Below, one piece after another: positions 41,366 to 51,069 of a stretch of 64,000 bases of DNA. The stretch is taken from positions 2,610-66,609 of IMG/VR virus record IMGVR_UViG_3300025168_018236. One strand, written 5' to 3'. Numbering within the stretch: position 1 is the first letter of the stretch; each line of letters begins with the position of its first letter. The DNA comes from a virus. Position numbers and translations under genes: made by a program. Under the pieces are notes generated by a model. It was not told the DNA's origin. It saw only the letters and a program-made list of their open reading frames with translations, and made no database searches.

Positions 41366-41378
41366 TTGAATTAAGGAC

Positions 41379-41407
41379 TTGACACGAGTCTTCCTTTGAG
41401 GTATAAT
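41379..41407 (+). promoter_or_regulatory. Perfect sigma70 consensus promoter TTGACA-N17-TATAAT
   Basis: TTGACA at 41379-84 and TATAAT at 41402-07; the ATG follows 6 nt later. Confidence 0.88.
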
Positions 41408-41413
41408 AGACCT

Positions 41414-41881
41414 ATGAACATCTTCGTACTTGATAAAAATCCAATTAGAGCAGCAAAGATGGCGTGTGATAAACATGTCGTAAAAATGATTTTAGAGTCA
41501 GCACAGATGCTATGTTCGGTTCAACCAGAAGGAACCGCCCCATACAAAAGATCTTTTTATAACCACCCATGTACAAAGTGGGTGCGTGCTTCTGATGCAA
41601 ATTATGATTGGTTGATCGAACACGGACTTGCTTTGTGTCGAGAATATACTTGTCGATACCTCAAGCACCATAAAAGCGAAAAGGTAATTAAATGGTGTGA
41701 CGAAAACAGACCACAACTTCCTTATATTGGACTCACACCACATCCAACGTGTATGCCCGATAGGTATAAGGTAGAGTGTGCGATTGAATCGTACAGAAAT
41801 TATTACAATGGCGAGAAAGCATATTTTGCTAAGTGGAAGAATGTTGATACACCCACTTGGTTTACAGGAGTATTTCAATGA
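41414..41881 (+). CDS. Pyrimidine-dimer DNA glycosylase/endonuclease V-like protein
   Basis: MNIFVLD..P..AA...CDKHVVKMILESAQML, NHPCT.W and YRNYY motifs. Confidence 0.8.
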   Translation: MNIFVLDKNPIRAAKMACDKHVVKMILESAQMLCSVQPEGTAPYKRSFYNHPCTKWVRASDANYDWLIEHGLALCREYTCRYLKHHKSEKVIKWCDENRPQLPYIGLTPHPTCMPDRYKVECAIESYRNYYNGEKAYFAKWKNVDTPTWFTGVFQ

Positions 41882-42864
41882 AACATGAAACAGTGTTAGT
41901 CACAGGTGGTGCAGGGTATATCGGATCACATGCAGTCCATGCCCTACTGGCATCGGGAAGAAAAGTTGTTGTTATTGATAAAGATACTAAGGCATGTGAG
42001 AATCTAAGAAAAACATTCTCTAGACGAAAGAACAAACCACAGATACACAACTGTGACATTGATAACGATGTATGGGTCAATGGTATTCTTGAAAATGAAA
42101 AACCATCGGCAGTGATGCACTTCGCCGCAGATATATGTGTTCCTGAATCTGTTCAGAATCCTTTGAGGTATTATAATAACAATACTGCTAAGACTATTAG
42201 TTTTGTAGAAAAACTTATTAGAAATGGCGTTCATCGATTTATTTTCTCTAGCACCGCAGCAGTATATGGGATGCCGCAGAACGCAGACAACATTGTAGAA
42301 AAAACAGTGTGTCAACCAATTAATCCATATGGACAATCTAAACTAATGGTTGAGCATGTTCTAAAGAAAGTTTCAGATTCAATTCCTGCATTTGAATACA
42401 CTTCTTTTAGGTACTTCAATGTTGCAGGATCTCATATTGATGGAAAAGTTACTGATGTTCGGTGGACAGAAAAACTCAACGTAGTTCCTACCTTCATCTC
42501 ACGGATTCTCAGTGGGAGTCAAATTTATGTTTACGGTACAGATTATAACACTCCAGATGGAACTGCTATTCGAGATTATATTCATCCAGAAGATATTATT
42601 TCTGCACACATGATCGCACTTGACGCGGAAGTTACCGGTGTGTATAATCTCGGATCTGGTCAGGGATTTTCTGTGTGGAATATGATTGAAAATTTTGTTT
42701 CCGTTACAGGAGAAGAGTTAGATGTAATACATAAACCACGGAGAACAGGAGACCCTGAAGTCCTAATTGCAAACTCTGACAAGTTTAGAAATATTACAGG
42801 TTGGGAACCAAAATACACATTGAAAGAAATGGTTGCTACAGCATGGAAGGTGTATGGTAGATGA
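41878..42864 (+). CDS. galE: UDP-glucose 4-epimerase
   Basis: VTGGAGYIGSH, HFAA...V.ES, SSTAAVYG, PYGQSK, RYFNVAG and DGT..RDYIH motifs. Confidence 0.93.
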   Translation: MKHETVLVTGGAGYIGSHAVHALLASGRKVVVIDKDTKACENLRKTFSRRKNKPQIHNCDIDNDVWVNGILENEKPSAVMHFAADICVPESVQNPLRYYNNNTAKTISFVEKLIRNGVHRFIFSSTAAVYGMPQNADNIVEKTVCQPINPYGQSKLMVEHVLKKVSDSIPAFEYTSFRYFNVAGSHIDGKVTDVRWTEKLNVVPTFISRILSGSQIYVYGTDYNTPDGTAIRDYIHPEDIISAHMIALDAEVTGVYNLGSGQGFSVWNMIENFVSVTGEELDVIHKPRRTGDPEVLIANSDKFRNITGWEPKYTLKEMVATAWKVYGR

Positions 42865-43964
42865 AAATGAAACGTGATTATATTAAAAAGGCGTATGGTT
42901 CAGAACCAACTTGGGACAATGATATTCCATTGGAAGATGTTGATGCAGGAGATGTTCTTATAAGTATCAATTGGTATGTCACTACTTCAGATAAGAGAAA
43001 CTACAAGAAGTGGACTCTTGATTGGATGAAGGATAAGAGTAGTTCTTGGACGGATGAAGATATTAATCTTGCAAAAAGATCTCCTCTGAAAGAATTTAGA
43101 ACATACGGTCATTATTGTAGAATGCTTTCCCGTGGGTTTCCGCATATCAACCAACTCACGGATGTGGTTGAAACTTATATTACTAAACTGATTGGTCTTG
43201 GTAAGTCTAAGAAGGCATCTCGTTCTGAGAAGGTTGTAATCTCTCCACAAGAGAGAATGAAAAATCAAGTCACTGAACTTGCAGGAGAGATGATGGGTCT
43301 ATGTGATTCGGTCAATGAATCTCTAATGAACAAGACGGATGACCACAAGCAGATTAACATCTACAAGTGGTTGAATCAAAATAATGTTGGTTATCGCCAA
43401 GCAGAAATGCTTTCTTTGGTGTTCGCTCCTGCACTAGCAGAACTGGATGAACTTCTGAAAGGCAAAGACGAGCAACTGATGGAGGGTTATTCTTATCTTG
43501 GTAAAAGACAACAGAAGCAACTTCATAAGTTTATGACAGGTCTTGTTTCTGATTGTATGAGATATCATGCGAACAATAAAACATCACGAAAGAAGAGAAA
43601 GACTGATCCAGCGAAGGTTGTGTCTAAAGTACAATACGAAAAGTCCTCAAAGGAGTTTGGAATCAAAAGTATTGATCCAGTCAATATATTAGATTCTTCA
43701 AAAGTCGTAGTTTATAGTACCAAGTACAACACTTTGAGTGTATACTATGCATGTGTAGGACAGACTCTATCGATCAAGGGAACTACCATTCAGAACTTTG
43801 ACGAGGATAAGTCTGAGTCTCGAACAATCAAGAAACCAAAGGACATTATTAAAACAATTAAGAACCAGAGTACACTTGATAAGGTTTGGAACTCTCAACA
43901 CAGTATGGTTAAGAGTCCAAACGGAAGACTAAACGCAAACACAGTAATTTTGAAAGTTTTTTAA
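42861..43964 (+). CDS. Conserved T4-like hypothetical protein
   Basis: G.EP.W, QL.EGY..L, KGTTI.NFD and NGRLN..T.ILK motifs recalled from T4-like phages. Confidence 0.65.
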   Translation: MKMKRDYIKKAYGSEPTWDNDIPLEDVDAGDVLISINWYVTTSDKRNYKKWTLDWMKDKSSSWTDEDINLAKRSPLKEFRTYGHYCRMLSRGFPHINQLTDVVETYITKLIGLGKSKKASRSEKVVISPQERMKNQVTELAGEMMGLCDSVNESLMNKTDDHKQINIYKWLNQNNVGYRQAEMLSLVFAPALAELDELLKGKDEQLMEGYSYLGKRQQKQLHKFMTGLVSDCMRYHANNKTSRKKRKTDPAKVVSKVQYEKSSKEFGIKSIDPVNILDSSKVVVYSTKYNTLSVYYACVGQTLSIKGTTIQNFDEDKSESRTIKKPKDIIKTIKNQSTLDKVWNSQHSMVKSPNGRLNANTVILKVF

Positions 43965-44843
43965 ATGATTCTCCTCGATACGAACCAGTTGTTTCTCGCC
44001 TCTTATTTTGTACACCGAAAACTCCACGAAGAACTAGATGAATATATGCTCAGGCATTTGTTTATGAATACTATTCGTATGTACCGAAAACAATTTAAGG
44101 ATGAGTACGGAGAAGTAATTCTATGTCTTGAGTCTTCTGATTGTTGGAGGAAAGAAGTTTTTCCAAACTACAAGGCAAATAGAAAGAAGAAAAAGAAGGA
44201 TGATTCTCATGATTGGAATCAGGTCTTTGGATTGTTTGAACAATATCTTTCTGAGATCAGTGAAGTGTTTCCTTACATGCAACTTCGCGTACCACACACA
44301 GAAGCAGATGATATCATTGCCGTAGTGTGTCAGCAGTTTCATTGTGATGAAAAGATTATGATTCTGTCTAATGATAAGGACTTTATGCAACTTCAAAGGT
44401 ATCCTTCAATTAAACAGTATAGTCCGATTAAGAAGGAATTGCTTGAGTGTAGGAATCCTAAAGATTTTCTACTAGAACATATTCTAAAGGGAGATACCTC
44501 TGATGGTATTCCTAATATTCTATCTGACGGGGATACGTTTATTGTCGATGGCAAGAGACAAAAACCAGTTGGAAAAAAGCGAATGATGCAATTGATTTCT
44601 GAGGGCAAACTCTCGAAAATGGAAAATTGGAAACGTAACCAAACACTGGTTGACTTTACCTGTATTCCTGATACAATACGAGATGAAATCGTTAGGACAT
44701 ATAAGAATGAAAAAAGTATTCGAGAAAATCAACGACAAGAAATTAAGATCCGTCCGGGGCAGGGATTGTTTAGTAATGCATCAAATTTCCTCTTGGAGAA
44801 GAAGTTGAATAATCTACTAGATCTGGCAGGCGATTTTGTATGA
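43965..44843 (+). CDS. rnh: Phage RNase H (5'-3' exonuclease)
   Basis: WRK..FPNYKANR, EADDIIA, S.DKDF.QL and GD.SDGIPN motifs. Confidence 0.94.
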   Translation: MILLDTNQLFLASYFVHRKLHEELDEYMLRHLFMNTIRMYRKQFKDEYGEVILCLESSDCWRKEVFPNYKANRKKKKKDDSHDWNQVFGLFEQYLSEISEVFPYMQLRVPHTEADDIIAVVCQQFHCDEKIMILSNDKDFMQLQRYPSIKQYSPIKKELLECRNPKDFLLEHILKGDTSDGIPNILSDGDTFIVDGKRQKPVGKKRMMQLISEGKLSKMENWKRNQTLVDFTCIPDTIRDEIVRTYKNEKSIRENQRQEIKIRPGQGLFSNASNFLLEKKLNNLLDLAGDFV

Positions 44844-45040
44844 AAAAGAAGAAGAAAGATCGTCCCCCTGTAGGAGAAGGTCGTTTCGATGACCATGACT
44901 ATCATGGGTATTACAAGTCGGCAAGAAAGAGTGAAAAGCGAAATCGCAGACACAATGCAAAGAACAATGTTCGAGACATTGCCAAGGGGGGATTAACCCC
45001 AGAAGATTATGAGGACTACTACAATAATGACAACAACTGA
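44840..45040 (+). CDS. Small basic hypothetical protein
   Basis: 66 aa; ATGA overlap with rnh; fills the gap to gp45. Confidence 0.5.
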   Translation: MKKKKKDRPPVGEGRFDDHDYHGYYKSARKSEKRNRRHNAKNNVRDIAKGGLTPEDYEDYYNNDNN

Positions 45041-45041
45041 A

Positions 45042-45728
45042 ATGACAACTAAAATGAAACTATCAAAGCAATCAATCGACATTCTAAAAAACTTCAATGG
45101 AGTAAATGCAAATCTCCATATCGTTCCCGGTAGGGAACAAGTTACTGTTTCTCCCATGAAGAACATCATGGTCGAAGCAACATTCGAGGAGGATTTTCCC
45201 TCTGAGTTTGCCATCTGGGATCTTAGTAAGTTCCTCGGAACAATTTCTTTGTTCGATGATCCTGAACTAGAATTCCATGACAAACATGTAACCATCTCTA
45301 GTGGTTCTACTGACGTTGTGTATCATTATGCAGAACCGAAACTCGTTAAGGGTTGTAGACCCGACCGAGAATTTAATATGCCAGAGACCGTTGTTCACTT
45401 CGATCTTTCAAACAGAGAATTTATTGAACTTCAACGTGCGTCTGCTGTTCTTCGTCTTCCTGATCTTTGTATTACGGACAATAATGGATCTATTGATCTC
45501 ATCTCGATGGACAAGAATGATGTAACCAGTAATCGTTACTCTATCACCGTTTCGGAAGAAGCACCTGATGCTTCTTTTAAGATGTATCTTAAGAGTGAAT
45601 ATCTTAAGTTGCTCCCCGGTGATTACTCGGTCGCTATCTCAGACAAGGTTGTGAGTCGTTTCACAAATAACGATATTAATCTTACTTATTACATTGCTCT
45701 TGACTCGGACTCCGTATACAATGGTTGA
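45042..45728 (+). CDS. gp45: Sliding clamp gp45 (start could be 45054)
   Basis: MKLS...ILKNF..N, FP.EFAI.DL..FL, LKLLPGDY.V and YYIAL motifs. Confidence 0.94.
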   Translation: MTTKMKLSKQSIDILKNFNGVNANLHIVPGREQVTVSPMKNIMVEATFEEDFPSEFAIWDLSKFLGTISLFDDPELEFHDKHVTISSGSTDVVYHYAEPKLVKGCRPDREFNMPETVVHFDLSNREFIELQRASAVLRLPDLCITDNNGSIDLISMDKNDVTSNRYSITVSEEAPDASFKMYLKSEYLKLLPGDYSVAISDKVVSRFTNNDINLTYYIALDSDSVYNG

Positions 45729-45732
45729 AACT

Positions 45733-46671
45733 ATGACAGAAGAATTCTTGTGGGTTGAAAAGTATCGCCCCCAGACAATTGAAGATTGCGTTCTACCTGA
45801 AGAACTAAAAAAGTCCTTTATGGAAATCGTCGAGAGTGGGGAGATGCAGAATCTCCTCCTCTCTGGCGGTCCCGGTTGTGGTAAGACTACCGTTGCACGG
45901 GCATTGTGTGATGAACTAGATTGTGATCATATTGTAATCAACTGCTCAGAAGATGGAAACATTGATACACTTCGTACAAAGATCCGAAACTTTGCTAGTA
46001 CGATTTCTCTATCTGAACGGAAGAAGGTTGTGATCCTAGATGAGTTCGATTATTCAAATGCTCAGTCTACACAACCAGCACTTCGTGGTTTTATCGAAGA
46101 GTTCTCAAAGAACTGTCGGTTTGTTCTGACTTGTAATTACAAGAACAGGATTATTGAACCGCTTCATTCACGATGCACATGTATCGACTTCCGTTTTGGT
46201 GCGAATGAGAAGAAGCAATTGATGCCTTCATTCCTAAACCGTATTGAGTTTATTCTGAATGCCGAGGGTGTTGGTTACGACCAGCGAGTTATTGCCAAGT
46301 TGATCACTCGCTATGCTCCAGACTGGAGACGTATTATCAATGAATGTCAACGCTATGCAGTTGGTGGGGATATTGATGTGGGTGTTCTCTCTGATTCGGG
46401 CGATGTAAAGGTCGTAGAATTGATGAAGTATCTTAAAGAGAAAGACTTCACCAGTGTCCGTAAATGGGTGTCTACTAATATCCATAATGATCAGAGTCTG
46501 ATCTTCCGGAAGATCTATGACTGTCTTTATGAAAAGATGCAACCGCAATCTATTCCGAGTGCAGTTTTGATTCTTGCAGATTACCAATACAAGGCAGCGT
46601 TTGTTGCTGACGCGGAAATTAATCTAACCGCATGTCTTACAAATATTATGATGGAGTGTGATTTTAAATGA
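45733..46671 (+). CDS. gp44: Clamp loader ATPase gp44
   Basis: LWVEKYRP, GPGCGKTT, ILDEFD and PLHSRC motifs. Confidence 0.96.
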   Translation: MTEEFLWVEKYRPQTIEDCVLPEELKKSFMEIVESGEMQNLLLSGGPGCGKTTVARALCDELDCDHIVINCSEDGNIDTLRTKIRNFASTISLSERKKVVILDEFDYSNAQSTQPALRGFIEEFSKNCRFVLTCNYKNRIIEPLHSRCTCIDFRFGANEKKQLMPSFLNRIEFILNAEGVGYDQRVIAKLITRYAPDWRRIINECQRYAVGGDIDVGVLSDSGDVKVVELMKYLKEKDFTSVRKWVSTNIHNDQSLIFRKIYDCLYEKMQPQSIPSAVLILADYQYKAAFVADAEINLTACLTNIMMECDFK

Positions 46672-47261
46672 AAAAATTAAATGGCGAGTGGGGTATTGAA
46701 ACACAATACCCAGATATTAAAGGTGTTTTCTCTGAGTGTGATCAAGATGTTTGGGTGGTGGAAACTCTCGATGAAAAAGAAAATGGATACTTTCTTGACA
46801 TTGGATGTTCTGTCCCTTGGATGTGGAACAACACTGCACTACTTGAGGCAAATTATGGTTGGAGAGGGATAGCGATTGATCAGAGTTTTGAAAATAATGT
46901 TTATGTTCCTCTTTCAAAAGAACGTGGAATTGAACATGACTGGAAGAGCAGACCAAACACAATTTGTGTTGAAAAATCTGCCCTTGAAATTGATTACGAA
47001 AAGTTGCTGGATGAGCATAATGCCCCTGCGGTAATTGATTTTTTGTCCGTTGACATCGAACCCTCGGAAAAAATACTAGAGGTATTTGAAATGTTACCAC
47101 ATGACAAATATAAATTTAGAACAGTTGCCTTCGAGCATAATGATTGGTTAGAAGGATCAGAGTGGGTAGAACACACACGAAAGGTAATTGCTTCGTATGG
47201 ATACACCTATGTTAAAACAAGTATGCAAGATGATTATTATATCATGGAAGGAATAGACTGA
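46668..47261 (+). CDS. FkbM-like SAM-dependent methyltransferase
   Basis: SECDQD.WV, GYFLDIG...NNT.LLE...GW.G, IDFLSVDIE and FEHN motifs. Confidence 0.78.
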   Translation: MKKLNGEWGIETQYPDIKGVFSECDQDVWVVETLDEKENGYFLDIGCSVPWMWNNTALLEANYGWRGIAIDQSFENNVYVPLSKERGIEHDWKSRPNTICVEKSALEIDYEKLLDEHNAPAVIDFLSVDIEPSEKILEVFEMLPHDKYKFRTVAFEHNDWLEGSEWVEHTRKVIASYGYTYVKTSMQDDYYIMEGID

Positions 47262-47857
47262 TGGCACTTCGTCGTGAAACATTAAACGAAATGTACGCAA
47301 TGGAAAGTCCAGAATGTTGTTTCGTGGAGACTGGGACTGGACCAACAGCGTCCGCCACACTAATGGCAATCGATGTTGGATTTAAAAAAATTAGGACCAT
47401 AGAGTTTCAACCAACTCTATACTCCGAAAATGTTACCCGATTCAAAGACATGCCTCATGTTACTGTATATTCTGGAAGTAGTGCGAAGGAACTCTATAAC
47501 ATGTGTCATGATATAAAAACAGACATATTCTTTTGGTTAGACGCACATTATTCGGGAGGGATAACTGGTCGGGCAGAAAAAATATGTCCTCTCATCGAGG
47601 AACTGGAACATATCAAAAATCTCTCTTCAAATACCCACACCATTTGTATTGATGACGTTAGAGACATGTACAATGGGTACATGCAAGTTAGTGTTGAAGA
47701 AGTTAAAGCAAAACTATTGGAAATAAATCCTGACTATGATATACGGTTTGTTCGGGGGACTGAAGATGAACCAGAGTGGGCATTCAGAGGAAATGAGGTA
47801 ATGGTTGCCACCATTAGAGACTACTCTTCTGTTGGAGATTGTGTAAAATCAACATGA
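47261..47857 (+). CDS. Class I SAM-methyltransferase-like protein
   Basis: FVETGT, TIE, G.S, FWLDAHYSGG, P..EEL..I and IDDVR motifs. Confidence 0.68.
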   Translation: MALRRETLNEMYAMESPECCFVETGTGPTASATLMAIDVGFKKIRTIEFQPTLYSENVTRFKDMPHVTVYSGSSAKELYNMCHDIKTDIFFWLDAHYSGGITGRAEKICPLIEELEHIKNLSSNTHTICIDDVRDMYNGYMQVSVEEVKAKLLEINPDYDIRFVRGTEDEPEWAFRGNEVMVATIRDYSSVGDCVKST

Positions 47858-48231
47858 ATCTAAGTGAAGTTCTAAATTCAGTCAATTACAACAAAGAGGA
47901 TATATTTCAAGATCTGCCCGATGTGACAGAAAAAGAATATGTTCCCTTCGTTGTCAACAAGTGTTTGTCATATTTTCCTGACACAATCATACAGGCAAAC
48001 AATATGAATATGCATCATGGAATTGATCCCAAGATGCAGTACCACTATTTGAAGAATTCTATCAGGAAGAGGAAGAGATTTTCCAAGTGGAACAAGGCGA
48101 CAACTCCGGAGAGTCTGGAACTTGTCAAGAAACACTATGGATATTCTAACCAGAAAGCAGAGGAGGCACTTAGAATCCTCACTCACAAGCAATTAGAACA
48201 CCTCGAAAACCTACATAAAGGAGAATCATAG
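47854..48231 (+). CDS. gp62: Clamp loader small subunit gp62
   Basis: YVPFVVNKCLSYFPDT, RKRKRFSKW and YGYSN.KA..AL motifs. Confidence 0.94.
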   Translation: MNLSEVLNSVNYNKEDIFQDLPDVTEKEYVPFVVNKCLSYFPDTIIQANNMNMHHGIDPKMQYHYLKNSIRKRKRFSKWNKATTPESLELVKKHYGYSNQKAEEALRILTHKQLEHLENLHKGES

Positions 48232-48259
48232 TATGATTTAATTTAAAAAGGTGAAAAAT

Positions 48260-48664
48260 ATGGGTGAGAAAATAGAAGTTGAAGATCTCATCGAGGTGAC
48301 TTTAAACTCAGATGAAGACTTCTTAAAGGTAAAAGAAACATTAACACGGATTGGTGTTTCTTCTCGAAAAGACAAAAAGTTGTACCAGTCCTGTCACATT
48401 CTCCACAAACGGGGAAAGTATTATATTGTACACTTCAAAGAATTGTTTTCTCTTGATGGTCTTAAATCAGATTTTTCTGAAGAAGACGAGGGAAGAAGAA
48501 ATGCAATTGCTGGGTTGCTTGGTCAGTGGGGACTAGTTAATATAGTCGATGTGGATAAAAGTTCCGATCCAATTACCCCTATAAGTAAAATTAAGATTAT
48601 TAAATACTCCGAAAGGGATGATTGGGAATTGTGTCCTAAATATCATATAGGAAAGTCGAGATAA
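48260..48664 (+). CDS. regA: Translational repressor RegA
   Basis: DFLKVKETLTRIGV, LYQSCHILHKRGKYYIVHFKELF and W.L..KY.IG motifs. Confidence 0.97.
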   Translation: MGEKIEVEDLIEVTLNSDEDFLKVKETLTRIGVSSRKDKKLYQSCHILHKRGKYYIVHFKELFSLDGLKSDFSEEDEGRRNAIAGLLGQWGLVNIVDVDKSSDPITPISKIKIIKYSERDDWELCPKYHIGKSR

Positions 48665-48671
48665 GTTCGCT

Positions 48672-49334
48672 ATGAAAATTGATCTTTGTAATGTTCCAGT
48701 GAGGTGGATTAATGTTGATACCGCCACGGAAAACGATAAACTAATGGAAGAATTGTGTGAGCGATTATGCATGGATAATGCTAGTCGCTTTTCTGCCGTT
48801 ACCGATATCCCTCCACATGAGGGAGTCCGAGAAGGTGAAGAACACTATAGAAATTGTGCGGAGTCTCATTTTCGAGTTCTCCAAGAAGCAATCGATAATA
48901 AATCTTTTCCTCTTTTAATTCTTGAAGATGACGTAGATATTGAAGAGTCGGTATTTACTACAACCCTACAAAATATTCCAGACGATGCTGATGCCATATA
49001 CATGGGGACTTCTCATGGAGATGGTAATTATTCTGCTATTGATGTTGGCAATGGATGGATGAAAATTGAAAGAGTATTTGCCACTCATTCGATTATGTGG
49101 TTAAATGAAAAGATGGCAAAAGAAGTAATTGAAACAGGGAAGCGATGGATCTATGGAAAGAATCATCCCTTTGATGTTGGTATTGCATATGAACTACAAC
49201 CAAGGTTCAATGTATACGCACCACATGTTCCTTTCTTCTTCCAAGCAGATGCAAAGAATAATAAAAATAAATGGGAGTCAATGACAAGAACTCCTCTAAA
49301 ACAGTCAAAGAAATTTTCGGTATTCACACTATGA
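48672..49334 (+). CDS. GT25-like glycosyltransferase
   Basis: WIN..., RFSAV, C..SH, LILEDD and DAIY.G motifs. Confidence 0.7.
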   Translation: MKIDLCNVPVRWINVDTATENDKLMEELCERLCMDNASRFSAVTDIPPHEGVREGEEHYRNCAESHFRVLQEAIDNKSFPLLILEDDVDIEESVFTTTLQNIPDDADAIYMGTSHGDGNYSAIDVGNGWMKIERVFATHSIMWLNEKMAKEVIETGKRWIYGKNHPFDVGIAYELQPRFNVYAPHVPFFFQADAKNNKNKWESMTRTPLKQSKKFSVFTL

Positions 49335-50137
49335 TAACTTTCAGTAAACTTGGAAACTGGGGACGACTAGGTAACCAGATGTTCCAGTACGCAATGCTCT
49401 ATAGCGTTGCAAAAACTAACAATTTTAATTTCTGGTATCCTCATGATTTTTATCCAAATGGTATTATGTTACATGAGTGTTTCTCTGGTGTAGGTAAGGA
49501 CATTTCTGATAGACCAAATACTTTGGGTGATGTTTACGTTGAACCCGAGGGACACGTTCATTTTGATCCATTAGTTTTTGAACAACCAGACAACACAGAA
49601 TACTTTGGATATTTTCAAAACTCAAAATATTTTTCTGGTTATGAAAATGAAATTAAAAAACAGTTCGTGTTTAAGGACGAGTTTATACAAGCAGGTAATG
49701 CTATTCTTGATAGAGTCCCGAGTGGAAAGAAAAAAATCTCATTACATGTGAGAAGAACAGATTATCTAGTATTGGATAAAATTTATACCACGCTAGGCAT
49801 AGATTATTATAACTCTTGCTTAGAAAATCATGATAAATCAGATTCTTTTGTTTTAGTTTTTAGTGACGATATTGAATGGTGTGTTAAGAATTTCAAATTG
49901 GATCGACCATACGCTATCGTTGATACAAGCGAACACGGACAATGTGGAGCATATATCGACATGTACATGATGACACAGTGTGACGTTAATATTATTGCAA
50001 ATAGTTCTTTCAGTTGGTGGGCAGCATGGTTGGGTAAAAATGAAAAGGTGTACGCACCCAAAGACTGGTTTAATCCAGAAAATAAATCGGACGTAAATTA
50101 TGATGGATTTTTTCAAAAGTCATGGGAGTTGGTATGA
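49331..50137 (+). CDS. GT11 alpha-1,2-fucosyltransferase-like protein (copy 1)
   Basis: GRLGNQMFQYA, GYFQ..KYF, HVRRTDY, FSDDI.W and IIANSSFSWWAAWL motifs. Confidence 0.9.
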   Translation: MITFSKLGNWGRLGNQMFQYAMLYSVAKTNNFNFWYPHDFYPNGIMLHECFSGVGKDISDRPNTLGDVYVEPEGHVHFDPLVFEQPDNTEYFGYFQNSKYFSGYENEIKKQFVFKDEFIQAGNAILDRVPSGKKKISLHVRRTDYLVLDKIYTTLGIDYYNSCLENHDKSDSFVLVFSDDIEWCVKNFKLDRPYAIVDTSEHGQCGAYIDMYMMTQCDVNIIANSSFSWWAAWLGKNEKVYAPKDWFNPENKSDVNYDGFFQKSWELV

Positions 50138-51069
50138 GACAGATTAATACTTTCGACATTGAAAATTCACATGCACCAACATGGAAAGATGCTGGTCTTT
50201 ACTCCGGCATACGCGGAGAAGAAAACAGAGCAAAGTTTATAAAACCAAATACTAATCTTGAGTATGTACGAAACCAACCTGAGTGGGATGGTATAACTAT
50301 ATTCACAGACAGAATGTTGCCAATGGTCAAAGAAGTTGATTCTAAAATTAAAGTTGGTTTACTCATGGAATCTCCTATCGTCTGGGGTCACATATATGAT
50401 GATATAAAAAAATTAGAGGACTCCTTTGATTTAATATTCACCCACGATAAAAACCTCTTGAGTAGAGATCCACTTAAGTATAAATTTATACCGGCAGACT
50501 GGGTTTCTGTAGAAGAGGAATCTCATGGTTTGCATGAAAAGACTAGATTAGTATCTAAGATATATTCTTTAAAGGGAAAAACAGAATACGGTGGAATTGG
50601 TGATAGACCACTTCGTCACACTGTAGCAGAGAGATTTGCAGATAGATTGGACTTGTTTGGTGAGGGATCACCAAAAGGCACTCTAGATTTAAAATCAGAT
50701 TCCCTTGTTGATTACATGTTTTCTATCCCTATGGAAAATGCGATAAAAGATTACTACTACACGGAAAAGATACTGGATTGTTTTATAACGGGAAACGTGC
50801 CAATCTTTTTTGGTGCAAGAAGTGTTTCAACTTTTTTTGATGAACGTGGTATATTATTCTGGAATTCGCTGGACGAACTTGGTACAATATTGAAGAGAAT
50901 TGGACCAGAATTATATAAAGAAATGGAACCCTACGTCAAAATTAATTATGAACTAGCAACTAAATATATTGACGCAGACGACACGCTTTGTGGTTTTATT
51001 GACAAGTGTTTAGAGAACCCGAAGTATGATACTATGGAGAACTACAAATATGAGAATAGTAAAATATGA
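50134..51069 (+). CDS. GT10 alpha-1,3/4-fucosyltransferase-like protein (copy 1)
   Basis: YMFSI.MEN....Y.TEKI.DCF..G.VPI..G motif. Confidence 0.8.
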   Translation: MRQINTFDIENSHAPTWKDAGLYSGIRGEENRAKFIKPNTNLEYVRNQPEWDGITIFTDRMLPMVKEVDSKIKVGLLMESPIVWGHIYDDIKKLEDSFDLIFTHDKNLLSRDPLKYKFIPADWVSVEEESHGLHEKTRLVSKIYSLKGKTEYGGIGDRPLRHTVAERFADRLDLFGEGSPKGTLDLKSDSLVDYMFSIPMENAIKDYYYTEKILDCFITGNVPIFFGARSVSTFFDERGILFWNSLDELGTILKRIGPELYKEMEPYVKINYELATKYIDADDTLCGFIDKCLENPKYDTMENYKYENSKI

